DNA of 64,000 nt, taken from the NCBI GenBank assembly GCA_010405405.1, contig MU004239.1, positions 992,001 to 1,056,000 of the forward strand, read 5' to 3'. Positions 37,804 to 52,003 of this stretch are shown one piece after another (positions within the stretch are counted from its first letter, which is position 1; the number at the start of each line of letters is the position of its first letter). Under the pieces are notes generated by a model, which was given only the letters and a program-made list of their open reading frames with translations, made no database searches and was not told the origin of the DNA. The position numbers were made by a program, and so were the translations under genes. Origin of the DNA: Microthyrium microscopicum. Lineage: Eukaryota.

Positions 37804-39547
37804 TCAGACTTGATTGATGTGAGCTGCAGGCTGATCCGACTTGTGGCAATTGTAGTGCTTTCCGTCATCAACAATATCCATATGAATGAATGGAATATCA
37901 TCATCGTCAAGCTCAATCCATGTGACTAAGCGCAAGTTAAATGCTTGACATGCACTGGGTGATATCATCCACTCGCAGCATTGACTAGGCAGCCAAATTT
38001 CCTTGTATCGATGAATGCCAGGAAATTGCTTATTATGAGAAGCAAGCGCGTCGTGGAGCGGACTCAGCCTGACAAATATATCGACGTGGCATCTATTACG
38101 GTTCAAAAGGACTTCCAGATCCATGAGATGGGGTTCCCCGTTCACGATTAACTCGGCAAAAACATATCTTGATGTAGCCCAGTGAAAAGACCCATTAGAA
38201 CTGTCTCGACTCTTTGGCCCTAGGAGAATTCTTGGACCAAGAGGCGCTGCTTCTCTCTCCGTGGGAATGACAAATCCTGCTATGCGGCGATTCGTTTTGA
38301 TGCGATGATATATCATACCTTCCAGTTCAGCCCTCATGTTTATTGTTCTTGTTCCTGGTCTATAGCGTGGTACATCGCCATGCAAGTATACGCTATCATG
38401 GTAATGGGATAAAGATTCAGGTCCTACGCGGACATAATCGTCCTCCGATATTCTTTGAACTCGGATTGCCGGGACGTTATACCTACCGTGAGGGCCGATT
38501 CGCTCGACATCCCAGACGATGATAAATTCAGATTTAACGCTGTCTTTGCAGAGCCGAAGGTCTATTTTCATTTGAATGCCTCTGTTGGTATTCTGAATCG
38601 TGGGTGTGAGATTCGCTTTTTGTGCCTGTACAATGTTACCGGAGCACCCAAATTCAGCTGGACTACGGGCCAGGAGTCCTCTCCAAGTGAACGCGGATTT
38701 GATATTCGTCGAGGTCCAACAGAATATGGACTGGTCGGTGGCTGTTTTGAGTATTTCCTCTTGTAGACGCAGAAATGCGCGGCTTCCTTCGCCGTAAAGA
38801 AGGGGCATATGCACGCCGAACAGTCCGAGAAGGCAATATGCTCGATCTTCCTCTCGAGTAGTCTCTCGACTAGCCGCCCAGCTCATTCGCTGTGCGATGG
38901 ACCACCTTGCTGGTTTGAACTCTTCCAGGGCTCGACGCGGTATTGCGGTCTGCTCCGTAATCAATCCATATATATACTCTTCGTCCAAAGTAGTCTCCCA
39001 GTCATTCGCGACAAATTTAACTGCTTTTGGTGCTAGAATTTCTTGCAGTGTCCAGCCCCGAGTCAGCCACCGGCTCTCCCTGAATTTCCTTTCCCATCCA
39101 ACCAATAGTTCCAAATCGTGGTTCGTTCCATACGGAGGCACATCGACTAGGTAGACGCAGCAAATTTGGCTGTTGCGATACCACTTGTACATGCTATTGA
39201 TAGCCTCAGAAAGCTCCGCTGAGCTGCTCTTGTCGATGCAACCTAGCTAGGTCAAAACTAGGCTGTCTCATCTAGAGAGTGTTTGACTTACATGTATCAA
39301 CCCAGATGTGTTCATGTCCCGAGTTATGAGCCCAAACTGCAAAAGACTTTATCTTCTCCAGTCCTGGATGGGTAGGCTCTGGATACAGTCCATCAGCTGC
39401 TGAGTCGGAGATCCAGGAGCAGAAGTCTTGATAGGTCGCCTCTCGCTCTCCCCAGGTATGAGAAAGGATTGCATAAGGAGGGATTTGACGATCATGAAAC
39501 TCTTCAAGCTTCATTGCCTCCAGATTTCTGATATTGATTAGCCGCAT
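37804..39547 (-). CDS. HET-domain protein (HET-E-1-like N-terminal HET domain, no NACHT/WD)
   Basis: MRLINI..PPYAILSHTWG..WVDT, intron 39291-39243, CCIDKSSSAELSEAINSMYKWY..RGWTLQEILAP..RMSWAASRETTREEDRAYCLLGLF..AFLRLQEEI. Confidence 0.93.
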
Positions 39548-39913
39548 GATATAACAACGACTTCTATTCTCTGAAGACAGTATTGTATAAGTGTTGGTGA
39601 ATGTTGACAGGTTTAGTTCCTTGGAACTGAGCATGAGTTGTGGTGCTCACGGAGTTGAGGCTGTGCTGCAGATACTCATCTGCGACCTGCATGAGATAAC
39701 GTCAAGGTTGTCACCGTTGTGATTCGTTGCCTTGCACATATGGAACTTCAGCCTCAATTGCTATCGACGAGGGCAGCTCTTCTGAAAACAGGTCAACATC
39801 ATATGTCTTGAAGCAGCACTGCTTGCAATATGTAAATCGTATTCGTAGGTAGCTATAAATGTAACCGTACTACTACCATACAGGGTTTCAATGCAACAAT
39901 TCGTAATAGTACT

Positions 39914-40299
39914 CTAGTAGTAAGATGCTGGCGTTTGCTTCTTTGTAGCTCCTCCAAGCGCAGCAAGGAAGATGAAGAAAATGATGAGTCCCAATATTGA
40001 ACACATAATCTGCGCCCCCGTTGTGCGGCGTTGTCTTTGATGACCTCGCTGAAAGTCACTTCTCTGCTGCGACTCCAGAAAAGGGTTATATGTGAATGGT
40101 AGCCCGCTTGAATCCAATCCAGAAGGTGGAGTGTCGATGGGATTGTCGTGATGGGGTTGGTGATGGTGGTGGTGGTGGTCTGGAGCATCATGCGAAGGGT
40201 CCCCTGCCCCATGATCGGGTGCTGGATGGTCCTGTGCTATTTCGTGAGAAGTTGAAGGGGCTAAATGGACCTGTTACATACGGTATGTGACTCAGTCAT
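39914..40299 (-). CDS. Small His-rich single-pass membrane protein, about 110 aa
   Basis: MTESHT, GTATGT..CAG intron, then DHPAPDHGAGDPSHDAPDHHHHHHQPHHDNP..IMCSILGLIIFFIFLAALGG..SYY; TATA-like site near 40316-40326. Confidence 0.5.
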
Positions 40300-40834
40300 A
40301 GCCTATAGAAAGGGTGATATATTTAAGAGTTTGGTGGGAATTGTGTGTCAGCTCAATTCGGAACATTAAGGTTGTATAATATGCTTGATCATAAAATCCA
40401 GCTTATATCGCTAGGCGATTGAAAATCGTTTTGCACTTCTACGCCGCTGAGATCAAAACATGGCTGTGCAGACTACTGCTTTACGAATTTGAAACCAACT
40501 CTAAGCGCCATAGCAAAACTCGACTGCTGTGCCGCATTTACCATCTAGATCTAGATCATCCTTCTGCAAGTACCAACAGGAATCTATGATTAGGTTGCTA
40601 CGGACCAATAAGCGGCAGAAAGAGTCTTCATCATCGTAGGCCTTCTTATGGCATAAACTATCATCAAACGTGGACATTTCCGTGCCTCACTGCCTACGGT
40701 CTTATCTATAGATAACCAGCTGAGTTTTCCTAAACATAGTCACGAGCCTACTCTTCCTACGGCATATGATAGTGTAAAGCAACTTCTATTCCTCCCATTG
40801 GCTTCGATCTTAGTAGGATTGCTCTCCAGTCTAC

Positions 40835-42517
40835 TCAAAGGATATACATTGTGTCAAGACTTTGATCTCCCTCCAATCCGTTGATAGTAGCCCCCGCGGC
40901 AATGAGTCTTTCTTTCTCTGCATTTCTGCGCTTGAGTAGGAGCCAAGACGCGCCATATAGAGCTGCAGCAACGACTGTCAGACCAGCTGAGACGGAATTA
41001 CCTTGTATATATCGTGGGCCTTGCTCGGTCGGATATAGTTGGGCCGATACCAGTGAGGATATATCTGCAATCGTAAGGACTAAAGGCATACCAAGTGCGC
41101 GTTTAGAATCAGGTGAAAACGTATTCGTTGCCCACGTCGTAGCTAGCGTAGAGATAGGATAGAGTCCTTGGAAGGTCATTAGCTTGAGTCTCGACCCGTT
41201 CAAAGTGGAAAGCAGAGATCATGAGACAGGTTGGCCCACCTAGGACGAGAATAAACATTCCAGCATAACCGGCATGAGGATTGGGTGTTACCACACAGAG
41301 GAGATATCCGACCGCAACTGGAAGACAGCATCCAATTATGACCACTGCGCGACGCTTGAATTTATCGGATAGATAGACTTGAGTCATGAGAGAAATGGCG
41401 CCTAGAGCGTAGACTGGTATCGTCATGTAGTTGACCCGAATAGAAGCATATCTAAAGTTCATCAGCTAGAGGTTTCAGTGATTTGATATAGAACCTACCC
41501 CATGCCAGCAATGATGGTAGGTAAGAAGACACTAAATCCATTGATGGCAACGGATGAAGTAAAGAACGCTACGCCTAGAAGATAGACAAAGGGGTCAGTA
41601 AGAGTAAGTTTAATCCATTTGCGATTAGACATGTCTCCTCCTCGAAGAGCACGATCCCGTTCTTTCTTCATACACATAGTTTCCTTTTCTTCTTCGCTGA
41701 GATACCAGGCTAGATTGCGGTCAATTCACTTGATCAAGTATCTGAGCAACCTGACATACCTGTTTCTGCAGAGTCCGGAATAAAAAACCAGCCGACACCA
41801 CCGATACAGATCGTAACGCTAAACTCAACAATAAACAGCCATCTCCAAGCTGCTATTCCCCGTCGAGCACCCATAGTCTGAATCGCATATGCAAACAATC
41901 CGCCAAACGCACCAGAAATGCATTGTGCAAGGTTTGTTGTCATGATTCGCTTTCCCATCTGTTCTTGAGAATAAATAGTAGAAAAGACAAAAGCGAAGCC
42001 TGGAGATATTCCTGATTCACAGGCACATAATATCATCCGAAGAACAATAGCCTGACCATAAGTGTATATGAATGCTGTTCCGAGTGTACAAATACTCCAT
42101 AAGATGAACGCTGTGCCGAGCGCTTTCTTTGGCCCAAAACGTTTAACAGCAAAGGTCCAAGGAATCTCGAAGAGGAAGGTACAAAGGCTAGACAGTGTTT
42201 GAATATTTCCGAATTGGCCGCTTTTGAGTCCGAGGTCCTCATCGAAGCCAAAGACTCTGGCATTTCCAAGCTTGTTGAAGTTAGCGATTGAAGCTAGACA
42301 TGAAAATTTCACTCACATTGTTACGATCCAATGCAGATAGAATAATGAAAATCAGAGAGACTGGTACAAGGTACTTGTCGAATTTCCTTAGAGCTGCCGC
42401 TTCCTTCTCAGGCTTGATGTGTATGACATTCCTCAGGGAATTTTCCGAAAAGGAGTTGTCAGATGCATTCGTATCCGCCAATAAATGTGTCGTTTCTGTT
42501 GTCGATACCGAACCCAT
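40835..42517 (-). CDS. MFS transporter, anion:cation symporter (Dal5/Tna1-like)
   Basis: Multi-exon; LRKFDKYLVP..LDRNN, LGNARVFG, WRWLFIVE, LPTII, SDKFKRR, GPRYIQGN. Confidence 0.9.
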
Positions 42518-43473
42518 GGTAGCAGCTCGTAGTAGGCTGGATCTATCAGAAATTTAATGATGATTGTGAAAACGTTGCAATTGTTAGGAAAGCGAAAGGT
42601 CATATCACACGTAGTCAAATTTAAAGAAATACCCTGCAGTCCATGATAAACGATGAAAGTATGGAAGTCGCCGTAACATATCCATTGTTTCATGATAGTT
42701 TGGCATCTCATGAGAATATCATAATAGAAACGGAGCTTTGAACGAAAATGAGGAGCTTCGGAAAATGCCGATCTGACATGGAGATTCAAAACAATCACTT
42801 CGGATTTCGCAGATGCGGATGGTTCCATATACAGTAGCTTGATTATACACCAGTCTTGCTCTTCCTTGCAAGTTAACGAGGAGGAAGCGACAGCGGAGGA
42901 CAGGATTTTCCTCTCTTGAAAAGAAGAAAGTCTCAAAGAAACCCAATAAAGCACGATTATCGTGAGATAGGATGTACAGATTTAGGATAATGATACCATC
43001 ATATATACAGTAACATGGCGAGGTTTACGCCTCGTAACGAAGATCTTCCAATTTTAGAGTATTGCATGCAAGGAAAACTTCATTTTGAATAGTCACAAAG
43101 TCATGACAAAGCAACTTCCTATCATTCATTCTCCTATATCTTCTATAGCTGCGCTAGGCAATCGCTAACGGCCGTTCGGGGTTGTATATGCAGGGAAATC
43201 GGCTTACTCCGAAATAGCACGCGAATCGATCATCAATCGTTGCTAGTAACGCGCTACCATAGGGTTGATCTCTCTTCCTTTGTTTGAAGTAATGGAACTA
43301 ATAAGCTGGACAAGACACGCGTGAAATTTTTCAAGTGGAGATTGAAAAAGTGCAGAAAGCTTAGGACATGACAAACAGCTTCCAGATCATATCAACTCTT
43401 TGAAGTTTTCAGGATTATTTACCAATACAATCAACATTGCTTCCAAAAGGATCTTTTCTAATATCTACATATC

Positions 43474-45485
43474 ATGCAGTCTTCAGCTGCCGAAACAACG
43501 CCTCTGTTAGGTAAATCTAACAACCAAGCTAAGCTCATGTTAGTGCATAGGAGCTTCTTCAATTGGCAAGGAAATGATATTGACTTCTCCAGATCTGGCG
43601 AATTTGAGGGAGAGCCTATTACTTCTTCAATATCTCGCTCTACTTCCATATCCCGTGCGACTTCAAGATCTCGCTATGGGTCAATATCTCGATATGGGTC
43701 GATGTCCCGTTATGGATCACTGGATGGAGGATATCCTTTCCTTAGCGGAGGAATTGGAATGTCTGAAAATCCGACAGACACCTTGAGAAGACCCAGCATA
43801 GTCACAATGCAATGTCCTGTATCTGAAGAGACGGAACGAGGCACCATACACTCCGAGGACGAAGACTTTCAAGAAGACAGGAAACCAACCAAGTTTCTAT
43901 ACGGCGTGAGCGACTCACAGTTCTGGCCATGTTATATTGGCATAGCTCTGGCATGTTTCGTAACTTGCTTCGATTCAACTCTGATGGCTTCCAGTCATCC
44001 AGTCATAACTTCTTACTTTGACGCTTCGAACTCTGCATCCTGGCTATCGACGTCCTTTCTTCTCACTTCAACAGCATTTCAGCCCATGTTTGGCCGAATT
44101 TCCGACACATTTGGCCGAAAGACGCCATTTGTAGTGTCATTATGGGCATTTTTGCTCGGAACTTTATGGTGTGCTCTTGCTCCAAGCATTCTACAATTCA
44201 TATTCGCTCGCGCCGTATGCGGATTGGGTGCGGCAGGAGCACTCTCGCTGGGAACTATTATCATAGGGGATATGGTGCCTCTTGAAGCTCGTGGCGGCTA
44301 TCTCTCCTTTCTCAATCTGGCCTCTGGAGTCGGATCTTCACTTGGCGTAGCTTTGGGCGGCTTCCTGGCTGAAACTCTTGGATGGCGGTGGGAGTTCGGC
44401 ATACAAGTACCTGCTATTGGCGTATGCCTTCTGGTCGCACAGTTCTCCACTCCTCCTGATCTGGGTCCTATGCTGTGTCAAACTTCACAAGCATCGCACA
44501 GTTTTATTGACACAATGCTTAGCTTTGATCTTGCTGGATCAGCTCTCCTGACCAGCTCAGTAACTTTCTTGATCCTTGCTTTGAATCTTGGTGGTAATCT
44601 GTTGCCTTGGAATGACCCATTCATAATCCTATTCTTCATCCTTTTCTTCATACTGGGAGCCGCTTTGATACATGTTGAGCGTTCAGCAGAAAAGCCTGTC
44701 ATGCCACTGTATATGCTCTTCAACAAGCCCCAGGGAAACTTGATCTTCAGCAATTTCCTAGGATGCATGACCATGAGCGGTATTCTTTTCAATCTGCCCT
44801 TATACTTCCAGGCAGTGCTGCTGGACACGCCAACACTTTCCGGTACCAGGCTCATTGTCCCGTTCATCGCGAACATGATCACATCATTCATAACTGGCAA
44901 TTACATATCTTACTCTCTTCGATTTCAACCAACCTTAGTTCTTGGAGCCGTCCTCATCTTACTCGGCTCAGTTGGCCTCACAATTATGCCCCGGAATCTT
45001 CCAGCTATACTTTATTCGTGGTTGCCTGCTCTCGCCACTGGAGGCCAGGGATTCCACTTCCCAACAACCAGCATAGCAATTCTGGCAGTCAATACTGAGG
45101 CCGACATGGCTATAGCTACCTCGACGCTAATTCTGTTCAGAAGCTTGGGTACAGTGATGGGTGTAGCAGTATCGAGTCTTGTGGCGCAAAACGGCTTGAA
45201 ATACTTCTTGGAACAGACTGTGACTGGACCTCAGAGATTACGAATTATCAGAGAAGTAAGGATGAGCGTGGAAGCTATCAGAGGATTAGAGGGAGTTGTC
45301 AAAGCTCAAGGTACGTACAGTGTAGTAATTATGGCAAACGTGCAGAACACAGCTAATGAGATACAGTTATCAGTGCTTATGCTTCTACAATGCATCTCAC
45401 GTTTGCATTAGGGATCTTGACTGCGCTTGTTAGCTTTATTCTTATTATCATTATCAGGTTACCGCGGTTAAGTAAATATGAGTAA
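43474..45485 (+). CDS. MFS DHA2-type transporter (Vba/Azr1-like)
   Basis: ETTPLL vacuolar-type motif; FDSTLMASSHPVITSYF, WLSTSFLL, GRISDTFGRK, GWRWEFGIQVP; last intron 45311-45367, stop 45483-45485. Confidence 0.88.
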
Positions 45486-45760
45486 ATAGCTCAGCGCCAG
45501 GAGTAGCTTAAAAATACTGGCTGTGTACAGTATCACAGCCACTTATCAAATGTTTAACCTCTCTTCGCTATGTTGCCGGTCACATTGAAGTAAATGTTGC
45601 TCTTCCACTGCAAGAGGAGGCACAAGCTGCATATTCTGACGTTCTCTGTCCGTGAGTTTGGACATAATATTGTTATCCTGATATTAGACTGAGGCTTTGG
45701 GAGCGTTCAACGCCGACCTCAACATAGACTATCAACAGGGCAGCACTAACACCAGTTAGG

Positions 45761-47339
45761 TCACCATGACATCCCACAGTACCCATTTAGGATTTCGACC
45801 AAAGGTGCCCATGTTCTAGCACGATCCCATATATCGGCATGATTGAGACCTTCATACCAAATAATATCCAAGCCCCTTTGCTCTAGGCGTTGATGGTATC
45901 GTCTGAAACCATCTTCCTGAGTGAGGTCCTTGGCATTGTATACTTGGGCGTTCAGGTTATCATCATCTACGAGATACTTACGTATTGCGAAAGTATCCAT
46001 GACGATATCGGCGTCAGCGAGCGCCACGGTTATAACACGTCCTCTCATATCCTCTCTCCAGAGAACGTTTTGCGTCCAGTCAAAATTTCGGGTAATACTA
46101 TGCGCCGCCCCCATATCCGTGGAGATAAAGTAGTGCAACTGCCATTCACTGGCTTTCCGGGGATGACGGTAGAGGAAGTTGTATGGAATGTCACCCCAGT
46201 GAATGGACAGTGTGACGGGATCCACAAGAAGTAAAGGGCCTACACGGCCTGTATCGCCGAGCTTCTGCAGTAAGTGTGTAGCTATGATTGTTCCAAACGA
46301 GTGGCCTACAATGACGAACTTGTCCCAGCCATGGTAATCAAGGATTTTGAAAATTTCGCTTAGCATTTCGGTTCTCGGTGGTATTGCTTTGGTGATGCGC
46401 ATGGAGATAGGCATGATTTCCAAGGCGATGATGCCAACTTGGCCATCATCGTCCTCCAGTGCGTCCCGCTCAATAAAATCCTTGAGGAAACCTGTGTAGG
46501 TGCGTAACCCAGCACCTATGCCATGGAGGAATAGAACTGGCTTTCGCTTCTTGGATGTGTGTGGGCGATACCAGTAGGATAACTCTTTTGACGGAGACAC
46601 TTGTTGACTGATTAGAGTCTGAGGCCGCAATGGAAACACTGTAAAGAATTGACGGAGAGGAATTCGAAAATGGCGAAGTCCCATCCAGTTTGCGGTCACA
46701 TATGTACTCAAGTCATCAAACACAATGCCAACCTACATTTTATCAGCACAACATCACACGAAAATGCTATAAACCATGTGTACATACCGCGTAGAAAACT
46801 AGTGGCTTGTGTTGCAAGTGGAGAACATCAGACGTCGACTTCGATGGTCGGTGCAGACCACGTCCAGGTGGAAATTCTCGGTCTATAGAATTTTCGATTC
46901 GAACAACGTAACTCTCAAGCTCATCATCATCAGCTGGCGAAGCCGTCGTTTTGTATAGAAAGGCCGAAGCTAAGAAGTCCTTGAGGTCTTGACGATGGAT
47001 GGTGTCTATATTCACGCCTTTGAACCAGATGCTCAGGAAGGCTTCCAGGTCGGGAATGCTAGTCCAGCATCTTTCGAAAAGCTCTCTGCGTTCCTCACGG
47101 CTCCGAGAAACCGCTCTAGGTTGGGCATGATTAAGAATCCACTGTCTTGGAAGACTGACAAAGAAGCAGAATGCGACTTCTGCATACGCGAACACTTCCA
47201 AGGACCAAGGTATAGTCGGCAGAGGTGTATAGCCTAGTAAACGGGAAAAACAGTAGACTGTAGAGAGAGGAGCGATTACTCGAAGCGCCCAAATAGAACC
47301 CCTGATGAATATGTAGTGAAGGGGCGTATTGGGTATCAT
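45761..47339 (-). CDS. Alpha/beta-hydrolase fold protein
   Basis: Two exons; PVLFLHGIGAG oxyanion motif, GHSFG nucleophile elbow, LLVDPV, LNHA. Confidence 0.85.
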
Positions 47340-47841
47340 GACTGAACGCTTTGAATCATGGATACGCAACAAAGTTCAGGAAAGAGGCTGAAAATGAGCC
47401 GACCAGTAGTTGTAGAAGATGAGATCAAATACATGTTTCTAACTTGTTGAATCGGTGACGTCGGAAGCGCTATTCTTGCGTGTAAGGCCGTTTCTGCTCT
47501 GATCTACTGCAAACAACGCTGGCCACCTGACTGAATAACGCTTCAAGTCATAGAACACTCGCGAAATCAGCCAAGAAGAAGTCGGTATTTGGCGTGCGCA
47601 GCATTACGATGAGATGTTGTTGTGGTTGGAGCTCTTGAAGACTTGAACCAAGTGCAGTTGCCTTGTCGAGCCTCATTAGGACTAGCGCAAGGCGCCTTAT
47701 CTCCAGATGCCTCCCCCAAGCTCAACATGGAAGCTAGAAACCATCAACTCCTTAAATTTCCAACCATCAACAAATTGCACGATCAATACTCATCCAGTGG
47801 TGGCTCTTTCAAAAGACCTAACGTCTTAGATAAAAGGTCCA

Positions 47842-50462
47842 ATGGTGTCAACCGGCCAGCCAAGCAGCCGGCTGGTCACAGCTGTTCAACAGGTTCGTTC
47901 CTGACAAGGTTGTTGTTTTGATATTCAACGCTAATAATCCAGATCACACTTTCGTCTTCAGATTCCGACTACTTACTTCAATTGATTCCGGTGATCAAGG
48001 AAGTTAGCCAGACACGACGCGTTGAGGAACTAATAAATGTCCTTAACCAACTTTCAACTGAAAAGAATGGAGAAATTGAAAACATATGCAACTCTAATCA
48101 TCAAGAGTTCGTTGACTCAGTTCAACAACTTTTGACTGTGCGAGAAGGGACTATGAGTACAGCAACTGAGGTAATGGAAGTTCAAGACGGTATGCAAGCA
48201 AGCGTACAAAAGCTAGCTGAGGCAAAGAAAGCGCTGGTGGACTCCAGGAGCGTTCGGGAAAACATCGATGAAGCAACAGAGGCCTTAGATTCCTGCTTGG
48301 AGGTACTTCGGCTGGCTAATCAAGTGCATGAATTGCTGGCTAAGAAACGCCATTATGCTGCTTTGAGGGCCTTGGACGAACTGCGCAATGTCCATCTTCG
48401 AGAGATCTCAAGATACAAGCTTGCGGATATGATCGAAAAGTCGGTCCCTGCCACTCAACGCCTCATTGCAGATGCCGTCATGAACGACCTCAATACATGG
48501 CTCTATCGGATCCGTGAAGCCTCGCAATATCTTGGCGAAGTGGCCTTCTATCACACTGAAATGCGCCGGTCGAGATTAAAGCAACGTGTTGAAGATGATG
48601 AGAATCTCCGGAAATTCAAACTCAACTCTGCCATTGAACTGGTTGCTGATGAAACTGATGAGTTTGATATTCTGAACAATGAAGAGACGGAAACCCAGGT
48701 GGACTTTACACCCCTGTTTGAGTGCATGCACATCTATGAGACTTTGGGAAGAATGGATCATTTCAAAAGTGAATATGCAGCGACTCGAAGAAGACAAAAA
48801 GAATTGCTCATCCCGACCACCGTAAATCTTTTGGATGAAGAGGAAGCAGACCTCAGTAGTTTACTGGAAAGCATCTCCGGATTCGCCATAATTGAACGAG
48901 CAACCATGCGCAAAACGGACAACTTTCGAGCTCCTGTTGATGTTGATGAGCTATGGGATTCCATGTGCCAGAGTGCTATTGCGCTCATTTCGAATGCTCT
49001 TCACACCGTCGACAATGACGAGAAGCTTCTTAAAATCAAGGGACGGATCTCACTCTTTATCCAAACCATGGACAGTTGGAGCTATTCGACTTCATCACTC
49101 CAATCATTGGTTCTTGTCATTTTTGACAAGTACTCTCAAATTCTAAAAGAAAGATTTAGTGAAGACTTTCAAGAGATTGTGGCAACCGACGACTATATGC
49201 CCATGCCTATTACTAGTATGGATGAGTACAACAAGGTAGTTAATGTCTCGTGGTATACTCCTGAAAAGGATCCAAGCAAACTCAAGTAGGTCCGAAGCTT
49301 GTCTTTCATTTTACTGATGCTAACAACTTAGATTCCCCTGCGTTCTGCCATTTTCACAGATGTATCCTCTTTGTTGTATCGACATTCGAAATTTCCTCAA
49401 CCAGATCTATCTCTTTGCCGATGATCAGTTTCAACGGTCTGCTGTTATTGACGAGACCTTACAACACGTAAGTACTCTCACGGCAGTGTCTTCTTCTCAG
49501 CTAATGTTTGCAGTCATTGGACGAGCTACTCTGTGAAAAGGTTTGCCAGTCTCTTATTCAGCGGCTGAGTTCCCAGTATCCAGGCCAAATCGTTCAAATC
49601 TTAACAAACTTTGAGCATTTCGAAACGGCTTGCCTTGAGCTTCAAACCCTGCTCTATGAAGCGAGAGCATCTACACATGCCTCTGGTCCTGTAGTTCTCA
49701 AGGCTTTGGAGAGATTTCGAACTGGAAAGAAAACTGCAGAAAAGCGTATATTTGAGTTGGTGAACTCCAAGATCGACGACTTGGTGGAGACTGCAGAATA
49801 TGAATGGTAGGTTGAAATCCATGTATTTCTACCGTACATACACTAACCAACCTAGGCTTTCGACCACAGCACCAGAGGAACCAAGCTTGTATATGCAGGA
49901 GCTCACACGATATCTTTCTGTCAACATGAACTCTGTTCTCCTTGGACTTCCCACCGAGATTAAAGAGTTGATATACTTTGACGCTCTCAGTCATGCAGCA
50001 AACATGATCCTTGTAAGCTCATCGCTTTAATCGACGCTTCTTCTGCTAACTCTACTCCAGGCTCTACCTTTAGATGCTAACGTAAGGCGTATCACGCCAT
50101 CCGCGACCAAAACCCTTGCCCAAGATGTTCATTTCTTATCCCAATTCGTGGAGTCTTTGGGGAACCCGATTCTCAAGGAGAACTTGGACGAGCTTGTACA
50201 GACCGTTGCACTCATGCAGACCTCTGATCCCGATGAGTTCTTCGATGTTTCACAGGCCAACAAGAAGTATGGTCGTGTAGATCGAACCAATGGAGCCATA
50301 TTACTGGAAAAGTAAGTGATTCCATACTGCTAAGTGTTGCGAAGTGCTAATTGCAATTACAGGGTACGAGAGGGAGCTGTTGTGGCTTCGAATCCAGTGC
50401 TTAGCTCCAGCAATGCTGCGTTTGCTGCGCTAGGGTCGAGATTCGGTATCAATCGTAGTTGA
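47842..50462 (+). CDS. SEC15: Exocyst complex component Sec15
   Basis: Multi-exon; ICNSNHQEFV, HYAALRALDEL, VDFTPLFECMHI, DDYMPM, FPCVLPFSQMYPLCCIDIRNF, AEKRIFELVNSKIDDL; stop 50460-50462. Confidence 0.95.
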
Positions 50463-50773
50463 TTGAGAATTGAAAGGCTTGTTTGATGCAATTTAGCGCT
50501 GGGAGTCTTTAGGATAATTGATCCATGAACTGCCACAGATGTTTATAAGAATCTACTAGTATGTAAAGATTGCGTTATATATCCATTGTTTGTCAACTTC
50601 ATCAAAAATACGAAGACTAGTAATCCATATAAGTAAATCCAAAAAAAGGCTGATAATGGACGCTTGACGAAGCCGATAATGTGGAGCTCCATACAGGTAC
50701 TGTGAAGATGGCTGGGATCCGACATCAACACCACTTGCATCACCAACTCCAACTTCACACCCATCGCCTCACA

Positions 50774-51679
50774 ATGACAACAACAATCCAATCCCTCGAA
50801 GCCGAAATCGTCGCCCTAGAAGCCCAACTCCAAAATGCCAAAATCCTCCTCTCCCGCTCCCAACCACCATCCCCGCTTCCCATAGCTCCCTCCACTACCA
50901 CTGTACCCACCAACAACACCACATCCCCATCACCCCAACCATCCTCCACAAAGCAAACTATCACTCCATCATCCCTCCACACCCTCCTCCTACTCGCCGA
51001 CTCCGCCCTCCCCCTCGGCTCCTTCGCCTTCTCCTCCGGCCTCGAGTCCTTCCTCGCGCACCACCGCACTCCACCCGCGCATCAGCCAGCTCTTTTCGCG
51101 CGCTTCCTCACCCTCTCGCTCTCTTCATTAGCGTCCACTAGTCTGCCGTACGTGCTCGCTGCTCACAGACAGCCAGGCAGGTTGACAGAGCTTGATAATG
51201 ACTTTGATGCGAGCACACTGTGCACCGTCGCCAGGCGCGCGAGTGTCGCGCAAGGACGCGCGTTACTCGGTGTCTGGGAGCGCAGTTTAAAGGGCTCATG
51301 TATCAGCGATGTGGACGCGTTGAAACTGTTTGCGCGCGCATACCGCGCCCAGAACTCGCAAGATGCACAGATTAATGCACACCTTGCGCCACTCTGGGGC
51401 GCCGTGTCATGCGCACTGGGCGTGGACGAGGAGCAGACAGCGTATGTGTTTCTGTTCGGGCATGCGCGGGCGGTGGTGAGCGCGGCGGTGAGGGCGAGTG
51501 TGCTGGGTCCGTATCAGGCGCAGGCGGAGCTGGCGAGTGGGGAGTTACGGGCGGGCATTGAGGGACTTTTGAGGGAGTGGTGGGATGTTGAGACGAGGGA
51601 TGCGGGGCAGACGGTGCCGGCGGTGGATTTATGGGTGGGTAGACATGAGAAGTTGTATTCGAGGATATTTAATTCATGA
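50774..51679 (+). CDS. ureF: Urease accessory protein UreF
   Basis: LLLADSALPLGSFAFSSGLES, RRASVAQGRALL, AAVRASVLGPYQAQ, GRHEKLYSRIFNS. Confidence 0.94.
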   Translation: MTTTIQSLEAEIVALEAQLQNAKILLSRSQPPSPLPIAPSTTTVPTNNTTSPSPQPSSTKQTITPSSLHTLLLLADSALPLGSFAFSSGLESFLAHHRTPPAHQPALFARFLTLSLSSLASTSLPYVLAAHRQPGRLTELDNDFDASTLCTVARRASVAQGRALLGVWERSLKGSCISDVDALKLFARAYRAQNSQDAQINAHLAPLWGAVSCALGVDEEQTAYVFLFGHARAVVSAAVRASVLGPYQAQAELASGELRAGIEGLLREWWDVETRDAGQTVPAVDLWVGRHEKLYSRIFNS

Positions 51680-52003
51680 TGGGATGGTGCTTTACATGCT
51701 GGGCGAGAAGGTGGGAGGGAGATAATGAGCCGACGGATGAACGGTATATGACACGAGCAACTTCTACGGGTTATGAAGCTGGACATACGCTCCAAGGTAT
51801 AGAGCTTGAATGGAGTTAAACCATAAATAGGTCAAGTAAGCGGATATCATCCATATCACAGAGGCGTATTGAAGCCAGCATCAGATTTTGGAATCCATGG
51901 TCGTTTCAAAGGACGCTCGAAGACTCCTATTCCCATTGAACCTTGCCTATGGGCAGATGCAAATACTATGACACCCCTTCTACCATTCCCGAGCACACCT
52001 AAT

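Noticed and set aside
42433..42954. 173 aa ORF upstream of the Dal5-like transporter
   Set aside because: Non-ATG start, no motif, overlaps the real gene start in another frame
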